A stretch of DNA of 64,000 nt from a candidate division WOR-3 bacterium UBA1063 (GCA_002316275.1 DCDE01000013.1:2973-66972), one strand, 5' to 3'. Positions 48,642 to 57,906 are shown, counted from the first letter of the stretch. The notes: generated from the sequence alone by a model not told the origin. Numbers and translations: made by a program.

Positions 48642-49134
48642 CCCTCTCAAATACAAATTCAATACCATCCGGTAATATGTTAACTTTTGCTAGCCTTACC
48701 ATGTTTCTAAGCGAAGATGTAACACTGTACCATTTGGGATTAAGGTGAAAAATCTTTTCAACATCAATAGCTATTTCCTTACCCTCTCTTTTCAAAATTC
48801 CATTGAGATTTTGCTCAAGGGAGCCCAATGGTCCATCTATAAATCTTAATACTATGAGACTAGTATCGAGTTCTAGCCTGATTATTTTTAAATTATCATT
48901 CCACTCAATTGACTTTACGTATACTTGTATCTGAATAGGAAAGATATTTACGCCCACGATTTTTAAAACACCTGCTCCGAACAAAATTTCAAGGTTACTA
49001 AGGTATGGGGACAAATAAAATCGCAGCACATGCTCTATAAAATCAGCTGGTAATTTAACAAAAAAATCTTTCTGATTACTTTTCTCAATCTTTTGAGAAA
49101 AGTAATCATTTACAATCTGCAACAAATCGGGCAT
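48631..49134 (-). CDS. hypothetical protein (167 aa) coupled to lexA
   Basis: The ATG lies 2 nt after the lexA stop. No TM segment or known motif recognised. The 3' end overlaps the convergent dehydrogenase gene by 11 nt. Confidence 0.5.
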   Translation of the reverse strand: MPDLLQIVNDYFSQKIEKSNQKDFFVKLPADFIEHVLRFYLSPYLSNLEILFGAGVLKIVGVNIFPIQIQVYVKSIEWNDNLKIIRLELDTSLIVLRFIDGPLGSLEQNLNGILKREGKEIAIDVEKIFHLNPKWYSVTSSLRNMVRLAKVNILPDGIEFVFERVKL

Positions 49135-49136
49135 AT

Positions 49137-49754
49137 TTAATCTACCCTCCTGAACAATCCTATAACCTTGCCCATTACATAAAGGCGAGCTTCTTCTTTC
49201 TTCAGCTTAACCTCTTTATAAGCGGGGTTTTCCGGAAGTAAATACACACACTCCTCGTCCATTTTGAACCTTTTGCACGTAACCTCATTATCCACAAAAG
49301 CGACTACCAAATCACCATCTCTTGCTTCTGCGTCCAATTTAACAATTACTATGTCCTTATCAAGAATTCCAGCGCCGGCCATACTGTCCCCTTTTATCCT
49401 GAGAGCAATAGTATTTTTTGAATCCTTAATGAATATCGTGTCAAGAACAATATTTCCCTCAGTCTCTTCAATTGCCGGTATGGGGAAACCTGCAGATATC
49501 TTCCCAACAAGGGGTATCATCACCGCACTAGATAACTTAAAATGTAAAAGTTCAATTCCCCGCGGTTTCCTACGGCTCCTTTTTATAAATCCTTTAGTTT
49601 CCAATACTCTTAAATGTCTCTGAACACTATAAATATTGTTGGGCCCCAAGTTAAGTCCATTAGCAATCTCTCTTATTGTAGGTGGATACCCCCTCGTAAG
49701 AATAAAATTCTGAATGAAATCTAAAACCTCTTTTTGTCTATTTGTTAAAACCAC
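49137..49754 (-). CDS. lexA: LexA repressor
   Basis: N-terminal wHTH (LTNRQKEVLDFIQNFILTRGYPPTIREIA). Cleavage-site region GKISAGFP. Ser/Lys dyad GDSM...CKRF. Confidence 0.88.
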   Translation of the reverse strand: MVLTNRQKEVLDFIQNFILTRGYPPTIREIANGLNLGPNNIYSVQRHLRVLETKGFIKRSRRKPRGIELLHFKLSSAVMIPLVGKISAGFPIPAIEETEGNIVLDTIFIKDSKNTIALRIKGDSMAGAGILDKDIVIVKLDAEARDGDLVVAFVDNEVTCKRFKMDEECVYLLPENPAYKEVKLKKEEARLYVMGKVIGLFRRVD

Positions 49755-49760
49755 TACTCC

Positions 49761-51038
49761 TCACTTAATCACGATATATCTTATTACAATATAAAGCAAA
49801 GCTAACAAAACATTCAGGATGGAGACCGGAATCCCATATTTTAAATAATTCTTAAAGGTTATTTTTTCCTGAGTTTTCTCAGAAATTCCGGCAGCGACAA
49901 GGTTCGCTGCAGCAGAAACCAAAGTTGTATTCCCTGAAAAACATACAGTTAAGGAGAGGAGCCACCATAGCGCATCTGCATTAATGCCAGGAGTCTTTAA
50001 TATAATAGATTGTATTACAGGTGCAATAGCAACAGTATAAGGAACTGCGCCCATTAGTATTGTACAAATGAAACTGAGTGCCCATATAATTGTAAACAAA
50101 CCCAACTCACTGCCTGAAAATTTTATGAGAAAATTCGCAACGTTCTCGATAATTTGATACTTCTCAAGTGCACCAACAACAACGAAGAGCCCACTAAAGA
50201 AAAATAATGTCGTCCATTCAACTTCATTAAGCACTTCATCGGGGTTTTGATTTGTAACAAATAGAAGAATGACAGCCCCCACTAATGCAACAATAGAAGG
50301 AGGCAGTTTAAATACGTCATGAAGAATAAACCCTATAATTACAAAAGCAAACACTATCAAGACCTTGCGCAAAAGAGCCCTATCCTTAATTGCATCCCGC
50401 TCGTTTACTTTAACAAGAGAAACATCAAAGTGCCCTAAAATATTATACTGATTTTTAAACATTGCCTTTAAGACAAAAACATTAACTACCATAACAAACA
50501 AAACAGGTAAAGTAAGATTTACTAAAAAGTCGTTGAATGAGAGACCAGCAGCGCTACCTATAATAATGTTTGGAGGATCACCAATTAGCGTAGCAGTCCC
50601 ACCAAGATTCGAAGCGATGATCTCACCGATAAGAAAAGGAAAGGGTGATATTCCAGTCATGCTTGCAACGAGTATTATAATTGGTGAGAAAATCAAAACT
50701 GTTGTCACATTATCGAGAAAAGCTGAAACGATTCCCGTTAGCATAAAGAAAAAGAAGAAAAGTGTAATAAAATTCCCCTTTGAGATCTTAATTGCTTTTA
50801 TGGCAATGTATTCAAAAAAACCTGTCCTTCGAAAAAATGCCACAATTACCATCATACCAAGAAGCAGTCCCAAAGTATTGAAATCAATATAGTTCAAGGC
50901 CTCTGAGGGGGTAAGATATCCAAGAACTACTATCAGAACTGCGCTTAGGAAAGTAACAGTCATTCTATGCCATTTTTCAACAGCTATAAGTACAAACGTG
51001 ACGATAAAAATACCTATTAATAGCGGAATACTACCCAT
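49761..51038 (-). CDS. ArsB/NhaD-superfamily permease
   Basis: About 11 predicted TM segments. GGTATLIGDPPNIIIGSAAGLSFNDF segment is typical of ArsB/NhaD/CitMHS-type transporters. Confidence 0.7.
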   Translation of the reverse strand: MGSIPLLIGIFIVTFVLIAVEKWHRMTVTFLSAVLIVVLGYLTPSEALNYIDFNTLGLLLGMMVIVAFFRRTGFFEYIAIKAIKISKGNFITLFFFFFMLTGIVSAFLDNVTTVLIFSPIIILVASMTGISPFPFLIGEIIASNLGGTATLIGDPPNIIIGSAAGLSFNDFLVNLTLPVLFVMVVNVFVLKAMFKNQYNILGHFDVSLVKVNERDAIKDRALLRKVLIVFAFVIIGFILHDVFKLPPSIVALVGAVILLFVTNQNPDEVLNEVEWTTLFFFSGLFVVVGALEKYQIIENVANFLIKFSGSELGLFTIIWALSFICTILMGAVPYTVAIAPVIQSIILKTPGINADALWWLLSLTVCFSGNTTLVSAAANLVAAGISEKTQEKITFKNYLKYGIPVSILNVLLALLYIVIRYIVIK

Positions 51039-51502
51039 TATTTTCTATTTCCGTACAATTTATTGATAATTGCAAGTCGTGATATGATGCCACAATAATT
51101 CATCTGATCGTCTACAACAACAATACAAGTCCTCCTTTCCTGTACTATATAAAATATCGCCTTCAATATAGAATCATCAGGCTTTAGAAAAGTAAATTTT
51201 GTATGCATCACATCCTCTGCAAGAAAGAGCTTATGGGTAAAATCTGAAAATACCTCTTGGTCAAGAGCGCCAAAGCTTGTAATGTATGAGAAATTATCTA
51301 TCATATTAAAGAAATCTGGAATAAAAGGCGCAAGCAAATCTTCAGCATATATCACTCCCTTAACCTTTCCTGCATCATCTACTACAGGCACAATTGAAGT
51401 AAATTCCTCCTTCATAAGCTCTGCGACTTTTGTGATAGGGGTATCACTCTTAGCAGTTTCGATATAACTCATTATATCCGAAACTTTAAAAACTTCTGAC
51501 AT
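51038..51502 (-). CDS. CBS-pair domain protein
   Basis: Two CBS-like units (VPVVDDAGKVKGVIYAEDLL and CIVVVDDQMNYCGIISRLAIIN). The stop overlaps the transporter start by 1 nt. Confidence 0.65.
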   Translation of the reverse strand: MSEVFKVSDIMSYIETAKSDTPITKVAELMKEEFTSIVPVVDDAGKVKGVIYAEDLLAPFIPDFFNMIDNFSYITSFGALDQEVFSDFTHKLFLAEDVMHTKFTFLKPDDSILKAIFYIVQERRTCIVVVDDQMNYCGIISRLAIINKLYGNRK

Positions 51503-51508
51503 ATACCT

Positions 51509-51537
51509 ATTATAGATTTTACAAGTCAGAATTACAA
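51509..51537 (-). promoter_or_regulatory. promoter candidate TTGTAA-17-TATAAT; CBS gene ATG 6 nt downstream (leaderless)
   Basis: Minus strand: TTGTAA ttctgacttgtaaaatc TATAAT aggtat ATG(51502). It also contains the direct repeat CTTGTAA-N6-CTTGTAA. Confidence 0.4.
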
Positions 51538-51538
51538 G

Positions 51539-52594
51539 CTATATTTTGCCCTTCTTAAATTTCTCCAGCATATCTTTAAAATACTTATTTTCCGGATCAA
51601 GATGTACAGCTTTCTGTTCAAACTCGATGGCTTTTTTCTTAAAACCCAGCTTAAAGTAAATCAAAGCGGCAGTATCCAAAATATTTGCATCATCTGGTTT
51701 AATTTCCAAAGCTTTATCGATTAACTCTTTAGCTTTGTTTAGCTCAATACCCCTCAACACCATAAACCATGCAACTTCATTTAAAAGGTCCGGATCATCT
51801 GGGTTTTCTTGCATAACCTCATTTAGGATTTTCATCGCTTGCTGATATTCCATCATTGAAAGTTCAGTCTTATTTTCTTTTGCATACTGGTCACCAATTC
51901 TTCCATGGGCATCCAATAAGAAAAAACGTTCCCACAACTTGTAGATCCTCTTTAGCTCTGGGATAGGATCAGGGTGGTCATCCACTCTTATATCCACATA
52001 CCTATCAGAATATCCTGCATACCCACCATTTTTTCTCATAACAAGCAGTGCTGCCGATTGTCTACCTCGGGCATCCCCTCCTGCCATATCTCCTGCTTCC
52101 AGGGCTGCAATAAGACGTTCAGGTAAATCGCCAGAACTATTAAGAAAGGCATTCTCCATGGCCTTAATAACCGTATCACCTACCAAAATATTTCCTTGAA
52201 TAGCATAGCAAAACCCGTTTCTGTGACCTGCATAACTACTACAACCCTTACCTGTCCACGACGCTGACGCACCGCTAATAGAAACAATACCAACCTGCCT
52301 CTGATCAAAGAGGGTATCCATATTTTGCAACACTTTAATTATACTATCGGGCGTGACACCTTTTTTCAATAAATCCAACGCAATGGGTCCGAAGGCCATA
52401 TTACCGTAAGCTTGAGTAGCAACGGCGCCAACCTCTGCCTCGGCAAAGGGCACAGCTGAGCCAACGGCAAGAAATTTAGACGCTACAGCAACTCCCACTT
52501 CTCGTGTAAGTGTGTCGCATGCAACTATAGAAAAGGTCCCACTATGCGGGGCTGGACTCATAAAAGAAAGAATGAAACTTAAGAAAATCACCAT
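51539..52594 (-). CDS. DUF1028 (Ntn-hydrolase-like) protein with signal-like N-terminus and C-terminal TPR
   Basis: TFSIVACD...GVAVASKFLAVGSAVPFA...GAVATQA (DUF1028 pattern) follows a 19-aa hydrophobic leader. C-terminal TPR-like repeats. Confidence 0.6.
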   Translation of the reverse strand: MVIFLSFILSFMSPAPHSGTFSIVACDTLTREVGVAVASKFLAVGSAVPFAEAEVGAVATQAYGNMAFGPIALDLLKKGVTPDSIIKVLQNMDTLFDQRQVGIVSISGASASWTGKGCSSYAGHRNGFCYAIQGNILVGDTVIKAMENAFLNSSGDLPERLIAALEAGDMAGGDARGRQSAALLVMRKNGGYAGYSDRYVDIRVDDHPDPIPELKRIYKLWERFFLLDAHGRIGDQYAKENKTELSMMEYQQAMKILNEVMQENPDDPDLLNEVAWFMVLRGIELNKAKELIDKALEIKPDDANILDTAALIYFKLGFKKKAIEFEQKAVHLDPENKYFKDMLEKFKKGKI

Positions 52595-52611
52595 ACAACA
52601 CCTCCCTATTC

Positions 52612-52640
52612 AGAATAAACCAGCGTAAAGGGATATTCAA
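52612..52640 (-). promoter_or_regulatory. promoter candidate TTGAAT-17-TATTCT for the DUF1028-TPR gene (17-nt leader with SD)
   Basis: Minus strand: TTGAAT atccctttacgctggtt TATTCT gaataGGGAGGtgttgt ATG(52594). Confidence 0.35.
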
Positions 52641-52684
52641 TTGAGAAAAACATTTTAGTAGCGAATCCACTGAATTTTAGAAAA

Positions 52685-52713
52685 TTGTATGAACTTTCAA
52701 AGAACAGTAAAAT
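52685..52713 (+). promoter_or_regulatory. promoter candidate TTGTAT-17-TAAAAT; nrnA-like ATG 11 nt downstream
   Basis: TTGTAT gaactttcaaagaacag TAAAAT tagaaacacct ATG(52725). No SD. Confidence 0.3.
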
Positions 52714-52724
52714 TAGAAACACCT

Positions 52725-53678
52725 ATGCATAAGAAAGTTAGAAATCTCCAAGAGTTTCTAAAGTCATATTCTGGTAAAATAGGGCTTGTATCTCACATAA
52801 ATCCTGACGGCGATGCAGTAGGCAGCCTCCTTGGACTTTATCTATTTTTGAAAAAAGCTGGCAAACGTGTCACACCATATTTGGCAGAAAAAGTACCCCA
52901 CTACCTCGATTTCCTACCCGATGTAGATAAGATTCAAAGCAAACTGGATGCAACTGACATCGATCTCATAATTCTTATCGATGCGACTGAATTCTCGAGG
53001 ACAGGATTCAATGCCCCTCAAACTACTCCTATCATTAGAATAGACCACCACATTTCAGGTAGAACATACTCGAAATATGACGTTGTAATTCCCGGTGCTC
53101 CAAGCACAGCAAGCATATTACTTAAGTTTGCAAGGAAATACGATGAAACTCTTATCAGCACAGATATCAAGAAGTGCTTGTACACGGGATTACTAACTGA
53201 CACCGTATCTTTCAGACACTCCAATAGTTTCCCGTGGGCATTTAAAGATGCATACTACCTTGTAAGCACCAATTTAGATGTCACTGATATTGCATCGCTG
53301 GTTTATGAGCGAAAAAAAATAAAAACGCTCCAGCTCCTTGCCAGGGTGTTATCTACGATATTTATAAGAGACCAGGTAGCCATAATTACTATAGGAAAAG
53401 AACTCCTTCTGGAATATAATATTGATCGAAGCGAAACCGAGGGCTTCGTGTCATACCCATTATCAGTTGATGAAGCAATAGTAGGAGTAAGCATCGTGGA
53501 AATTGAAGAAGATCGGTGGAGAACCAGCCTTAGGGGCAAAAATAAAGTAAATCTTGCAAAGGTTGCAGAAACCTTTGGCGGTGGCGGGCACTTTAATGCC
53601 GCAGGATGTACAATAAATGGCAAATTGGACGAAGTAATAGATTCACTCATAAGGACCATAAAAATACATAAAGTTTGA
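52725..53678 (+). CDS. DHH/DHHA1 phosphoesterase (NrnA-like)
   Basis: HINPDGDAVGS, IDHH and GGGGHFNAAG. ATG 52725 is preferred because the upstream ATG 52689 sits inside the promoter-like -35 element. Confidence 0.75.
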   Translation: MHKKVRNLQEFLKSYSGKIGLVSHINPDGDAVGSLLGLYLFLKKAGKRVTPYLAEKVPHYLDFLPDVDKIQSKLDATDIDLIILIDATEFSRTGFNAPQTTPIIRIDHHISGRTYSKYDVVIPGAPSTASILLKFARKYDETLISTDIKKCLYTGLLTDTVSFRHSNSFPWAFKDAYYLVSTNLDVTDIASLVYERKKIKTLQLLARVLSTIFIRDQVAIITIGKELLLEYNIDRSETEGFVSYPLSVDEAIVGVSIVEIEEDRWRTSLRGKNKVNLAKVAETFGGGGHFNAAGCTINGKLDEVIDSLIRTIKIHKV

Positions 53679-53693
53679 AAAAGGAGTTTTAGA

Positions 53694-55127
53694 ATGGAGT
53701 TAATTTATGAAATTTCAAAACCAGGAAGGGTAGGTTATACTGTCAAGAAGTTTGACAGAGAAACAGAGATTAAAATACCTCAAAAGATGCTCCGTAAGAC
53801 GGAACCTGATCTTCCCGAAGTTCCCGAAAATGAAGTTGTACGCCACTTTGTAAAATTATCAACATTAAATCACCATGTAGACAAAGGATTTTACCCCCTT
53901 GGTTCATGTACCATGAAATACAACCCTAAAGTCAACGAGTACACATCCGGGCTATCCGGTTTTACACATATACACCCATTTCAACCTGAATACACAGTGC
54001 AAGGAGCACTAAAGCTCATGAAAGAGTTAGAGGATCTGCTTGCTGAAATCAGTGGGATGGATTACGTATCACTTCAGCCTGCCGCAGGCGCCCATGGTGA
54101 ATATACTGGGATAAAGATTATAAGAAAATACCACGAAACAAATGGAGACCCAAGAAAATTTATTCTTGTTCCAGATTCAGCCCATGGGACCAACCCCGCA
54201 TCTACTACCCTTTCAGGGTATCAGGCGATCACAATCAAATCAGGTCCTGACGGAAGAATAGACATTGAAGACCTGAAAAAGCATTTGAATGAAGACGTAG
54301 CAGGCTTTATGGTCACAAACCCCAATACTCTCGGAATATTTGAAAATAGGATTCGTGAAATTGCAGATTTAGTTCATAGAGCTGGTGCATTGATATATAT
54401 GGATGGAGCAAATTTAAATGCCTTCATGGGCCATATTAGACCTGGAGATATCGGGTGTGACGTAATGCACTTTAACCTCCATAAGACATTTTCCACACCA
54501 CATGGAGGTGGGGGACCCGGAAGTGGACCAGTGGGAGTTAAGAAATCCCTTGAACCTTACTTACCTATACCAAGAATTGTAGAAAAGGACGGAAAATACC
54601 GGTTTGACTATGATAAGCCGCTATCTATCGGGAAAATTCACTCCTTTTATGGAAATTTCTTGGTATTAATCCGTGCTTATACTTACATTCGTATGCTTGG
54701 GAAAGAACACCTTAAGAAAGTTAGCGAAAATGCCGTTATAAATGCAAATTACCTACGGGAAAAACTTATGTACCATTATGAGCTCCCCTACACTTCGACT
54801 TGTATGCATGAATTTGTCCTCTCAGGTAAAACATTCAAGAAATACGGAGTAAGAACCCTTGATATTGCAAAGCGAATTCTCGATTTTGGAATGCACGCTC
54901 CAACGGTTTACTTCCCTCTTATCGTTTCTGAGGCACTTATGATTGAACCAACAGAAACTGAAACCAAAGAGACTTTAGACAAATTTGCCGAAGTGATGCT
55001 TAAGATAAAGGAAGAGGCCGAAACAAATCCAGATATTTTGAAGACTGCCCCCCATACGACACCGGTAAAGAGACTTGACGACACATTAGCTGCGAAACTA
55101 GCTAAGGTAAGGTACAGCAAAGCATAA
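53694..55127 (+). CDS. gcvPB: glycine dehydrogenase (decarboxylating) subunit 2
   Basis: PLP-Lys region [18 protein letters not shown]. Full-length GcvPB-like. Confidence 0.92.
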   Translation: MELIYEISKPGRVGYTVKKFDRETEIKIPQKMLRKTEPDLPEVPENEVVRHFVKLSTLNHHVDKGFYPLGSCTMKYNPKVNEYTSGLSGFTHIHPFQPEYTVQGALKLMKELEDLLAEISGMDYVSLQPAAGAHGEYTGIKIIRKYHETNGDPRKFILVPDSAHGTNPASTTLSGYQAITIKSGPDGRIDIEDLKKHLNEDVAGFMVTNPNTLGIFENRIREIADLVHRAGALIYMDGANLNAFMGHIRPGDIGCDVMHFNLHKTFSTPHGGGGPGSGPVGVKKSLEPYLPIPRIVEKDGKYRFDYDKPLSIGKIHSFYGNFLVLIRAYTYIRMLGKEHLKKVSENAVINANYLREKLMYHYELPYTSTCMHEFVLSGKTFKKYGVRTLDIAKRILDFGMHAPTVYFPLIVSEALMIEPTETETKETLDKFAEVMLKIKEEAETNPDILKTAPHTTPVKRLDDTLAAKLAKVRYSKA

Positions 55128-55454
55128 ACACAAAAAGTCAAAGTACTAAACTTAACGAAGTCCTATTAGAATACCGGCACAATTGGGATTTTTCGAACAA
55201 TTAGAGGTATTATAACAGCTTACTATTCACGAACGCAATTCCGCGCCAAATGTAAAATATAGCTAAAGAAGCACACAATAATATAAAATAAACAATTCAA
55301 TTTCACTGAAACATTCTAGCACAAAATCAATATTTTCTTATCTAATTTTGAAACCCTTCCTAATATTCATATCAAGGCTAAACCTAATCAAGTAATGTTC
55401 TGATTAGACCTATACTTCACCAAATCAAAGGAACCAACCCCCTGGACACCCTTA

Positions 55455-55949
55455 TCATTCAATGGTCCTAAAAAATTCTTCACCTGGTTTACGAGGCGGA
55501 GGTGGTGGGACTTCCTCTGGCCAGCCGAGGGGTGTAACCGTCGCAATGTAATGTTCCTTGGGGATTCCCAGCATCTCTTTTACTTCAGGTCTATCCATAT
55601 CGGCAATCCAACACGTCCCAAGTCCAAGGCACCAGGAAGCAAGCATAAAATGGTAAGCAGCTATACACGCATCTTGGATAAACCTTCTCGATTTTTCGGG
55701 GTCTCCACAAATTGCCACTGCAATTGGGGCATTTCCGATTGGCTTTGCCGGTCCCCTAATTTCTGAAAGAGCTCCTATTATTTCAGGTTTTTTTATAACG
55801 ATGAAATAGTATGATTGAGAATTCCGCGCCGTGGGAGCCCATCTGCAGAGTTCCATTAATTCCTGCATCACACCGTCCGAGATGGGTTCTCTCTTAAAGT
55901 TCCTGATGCTCCGCCTTTCTGAAAGTACACTGCACGTCCTTGAGTTCAT
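55455..55949 (-). CDS. nitroreductase family protein
   Basis: RRSIRNFKREPISDG N-terminal motif. ATG 55949 is preferred because the ORF-track start (TTG 55985) coincides with the -35 hexamer. Confidence 0.8.
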   Translation of the reverse strand: MNSRTCSVLSERRSIRNFKREPISDGVMQELMELCRWAPTARNSQSYYFIVIKKPEIIGALSEIRGPAKPIGNAPIAVAICGDPEKSRRFIQDACIAAYHFMLASWCLGLGTCWIADMDRPEVKEMLGIPKEHYIATVTPLGWPEEVPPPPPRKPGEEFFRTIE

Positions 55950-55956
55950 AGTGCAT

Positions 55957-55985
55957 ATTATAATTCCCAAGAACAATCTTAACAA
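55957..55985 (-). promoter_or_regulatory. promoter candidate TTGTTA-17-TATAAT; nitroreductase ATG 7 nt downstream (leaderless)
   Basis: Minus strand: TTGTTA agattgttcttgggaat TATAAT atgcact ATG(55949). Confidence 0.4.
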
Positions 55986-56010
55986 AACTCTTTAAAAACA
56001 ACATGGCATA

Positions 56011-56039
56011 TTGAACTTCCGAATGAAGCAGATTAAAAT
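56011..56039 (+). promoter_or_regulatory. promoter candidate TTGAAC-17-TAAAAT for serS (27-nt leader with SD, TTG start)
   Basis: TTGAAC ttccgaatgaagcagat TAAAAT ...AAGGAG tgatat TTG(56067). Confidence 0.4.
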
Positions 56040-56066
56040 TAACTTCTAGTTTCAAAGGAGTGATAT

Positions 56067-57350
56067 TTGATAGACCGAAAATTATTACGTGAAAATCCTG
56101 AATTAATAAAGGAAGCACTTAAAAAGAGAAACTACCTCACAGATATCATTGATGAAATATTATCTCTTGAACAGCAAACGAGGAACCTCAAAAAAGAGAT
56201 AGAAAGCCTTCGCTCCGCTAAGAATAAAATCAGCAGGGAGATAGCGAGAATAAGAAAAATAAATGGCGATGTGGAGCCGCTTATGGAAACAGCGAGATCT
56301 CTGGATGAAAATCTGGCGAAACTGGAAAAGGTACTTCCAGAGGTCGAAAATAAACTAAATGAAAAATGGCTTTACCTTCCTAACATACCCCATAAATCTT
56401 GTCCTATTGGCTCTTCGGCAAGTGATAATTTGGTCGTAAGAACCTGGGGGAAGCTTCGTGAATTTTCTTTCACACCGAAAGCCCACTGGGATATCGGAGA
56501 AGACTTAGAGATCCTCGACTTTAAAAGGGCTGGTGAGATCTCGGGATCACGTTTTGCAATTTACAAAAATGAAGGTGCAGAATTAGAAAGAGCCCTGATA
56601 AGTTTTTTCCTCTCTGAAAATAAGAAAAAAGGCTACCAGGAAATACTACCTCCAACCCTTGTCAAAGAAGACGCAATGTACGTATCTGCTCATCTCCCGA
56701 AATTTCGCGATGAGATGTATTACGCTTGTGAAGACCAGCTTTTTTTGATTCCCACTGCTGAAACCGTTTTGGCAAACCTCTTTAGGGATGAAATTATTGA
56801 CGAAAGCGATTTGCCTCTTTACTTTATGGCTTATACATCTTGCTTTAGGAGAGAAGCGGGCTCATACGGTAAAGATGTAAGAGGAATAGTAAGAGTCCAC
56901 CAGTTTAATAAAGTAGAACTCTTTAAGTTCACAAAACCAGAAGAATCCTACGATGAACTGGAGAAAATGGTACACGATGTGGAAGATCTTCTAAAACTCC
57001 TCGAACTCCCTTACCGAATCGTGCTCCTGTGCACAGGGGATATGGGCTTTGCTGCATCCAAAACCTACGACATTGAGGTCTGGGTGCCGGGTCTCGAGCG
57101 GTGGCTGGAGGCATCATCATGCTCTAACACCGAATCCTTTCAGACTAGAAGAGCCAAAACCAGAATGAGAAGAAGAGACGGTAAAATAGAATACCCACAC
57201 GCCCTTAACGGCTCAGGGCTTGCAACCCCAAGAGTATTTATCTCCATCCTCGAGAATTTTCAACAGGAGGATGGGAGCGTGGTGATTCCAGAAGTTTTAA
57301 GGCCTTATATGGGAGGAAAAGATGTTATCCTACGAAGAAAAAAGAACTGA
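56067..57350 (+). CDS. serS: seryl-tRNA synthetase
   Basis: Coiled-coil N-terminus. Class II motifs CFRREAGSYG and NGSGLATPR. TTG start with AAGGAG 6 nt upstream. Confidence 0.92.
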   Translation: MIDRKLLRENPELIKEALKKRNYLTDIIDEILSLEQQTRNLKKEIESLRSAKNKISREIARIRKINGDVEPLMETARSLDENLAKLEKVLPEVENKLNEKWLYLPNIPHKSCPIGSSASDNLVVRTWGKLREFSFTPKAHWDIGEDLEILDFKRAGEISGSRFAIYKNEGAELERALISFFLSENKKKGYQEILPPTLVKEDAMYVSAHLPKFRDEMYYACEDQLFLIPTAETVLANLFRDEIIDESDLPLYFMAYTSCFRREAGSYGKDVRGIVRVHQFNKVELFKFTKPEESYDELEKMVHDVEDLLKLLELPYRIVLLCTGDMGFAASKTYDIEVWVPGLERWLEASSCSNTESFQTRRAKTRMRRRDGKIEYPHALNGSGLATPRVFISILENFQQEDGSVVIPEVLRPYMGGKDVILRRKKN

Positions 57351-57906
57351 AATACTTAGAGTTTTAAAAATCTTATACGAGAAGGATTTCATACAGGCAA
57401 ACGTTGGCAACGCAAGTGTAAAAGTCGATAATGGATACTTCCTCATAACTCCAAGAGGTAAGAGAAAATCGGAGCTGAATCCCGAAGATATCCTCCTCGT
57501 CGATTCAAACGGTGGTGTTATAGAAGGGACACTTGAGCCCTCCATTGAAGTTAGAACCCACTTGGCGTGGTATAGTGTAAGACCCGATATCTCAGCTATA
57601 ATTCATGCCCATCCTCCATTTACAACAGCTGCCTCTTTTTATATGACAGCTGAAGTAAAACCGCTCATGTTAGAGAACAGTGATGCAATCGGCACGAAAA
57701 TTATTTCCATACCTTATAAACGGGCAGGCTCTGTGGAACTAGAACAGGAAGTAAAAGAAAAGGGCGCTGAAGAAAATGTTTACGTTCTTGCCCTCCAAAA
57801 GCATGGAGTTTTAGTTGGAGGTAAGCACATTATAGACGCACTGAACAAATTAGAGCTCTTTGAATTTGACACGAAGGTTAAAATCTTAAAGGAACTCAAC
57901 ATATGA
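57322..57906 (+). CDS. class II aldolase/adducin-family protein
   Basis: GNASVK...ITPRG and IIHAHPP metal-site motifs. Confidence 0.75.
   Translation: MLSYEEKRTEILRVLKILYEKDFIQANVGNASVKVDNGYFLITPRGKRKSELNPEDILLVDSNGGVIEGTLEPSIEVRTHLAWYSVRPDISAIIHAHPPFTTAASFYMTAEVKPLMLENSDAIGTKIISIPYKRAGSVELEQEVKEKGAEENVYVLALQKHGVLVGGKHIIDALNKLELFEFDTKVKILKELNI

Noticed and set aside
49755-49900. An SOS (LexA) box upstream of lexA, including CTGAG-N4-CTCAG at about 49870 and TATAT-N9-ATATA at about 49778-49796.
   Set aside because: The inverted repeats are short, lie in AT-rich coding sequence and match none of the SOS-box consensus types I know (CTGT-N8-ACAG, CGAAC-N4-GTTCG). This is not enough to call an operator.
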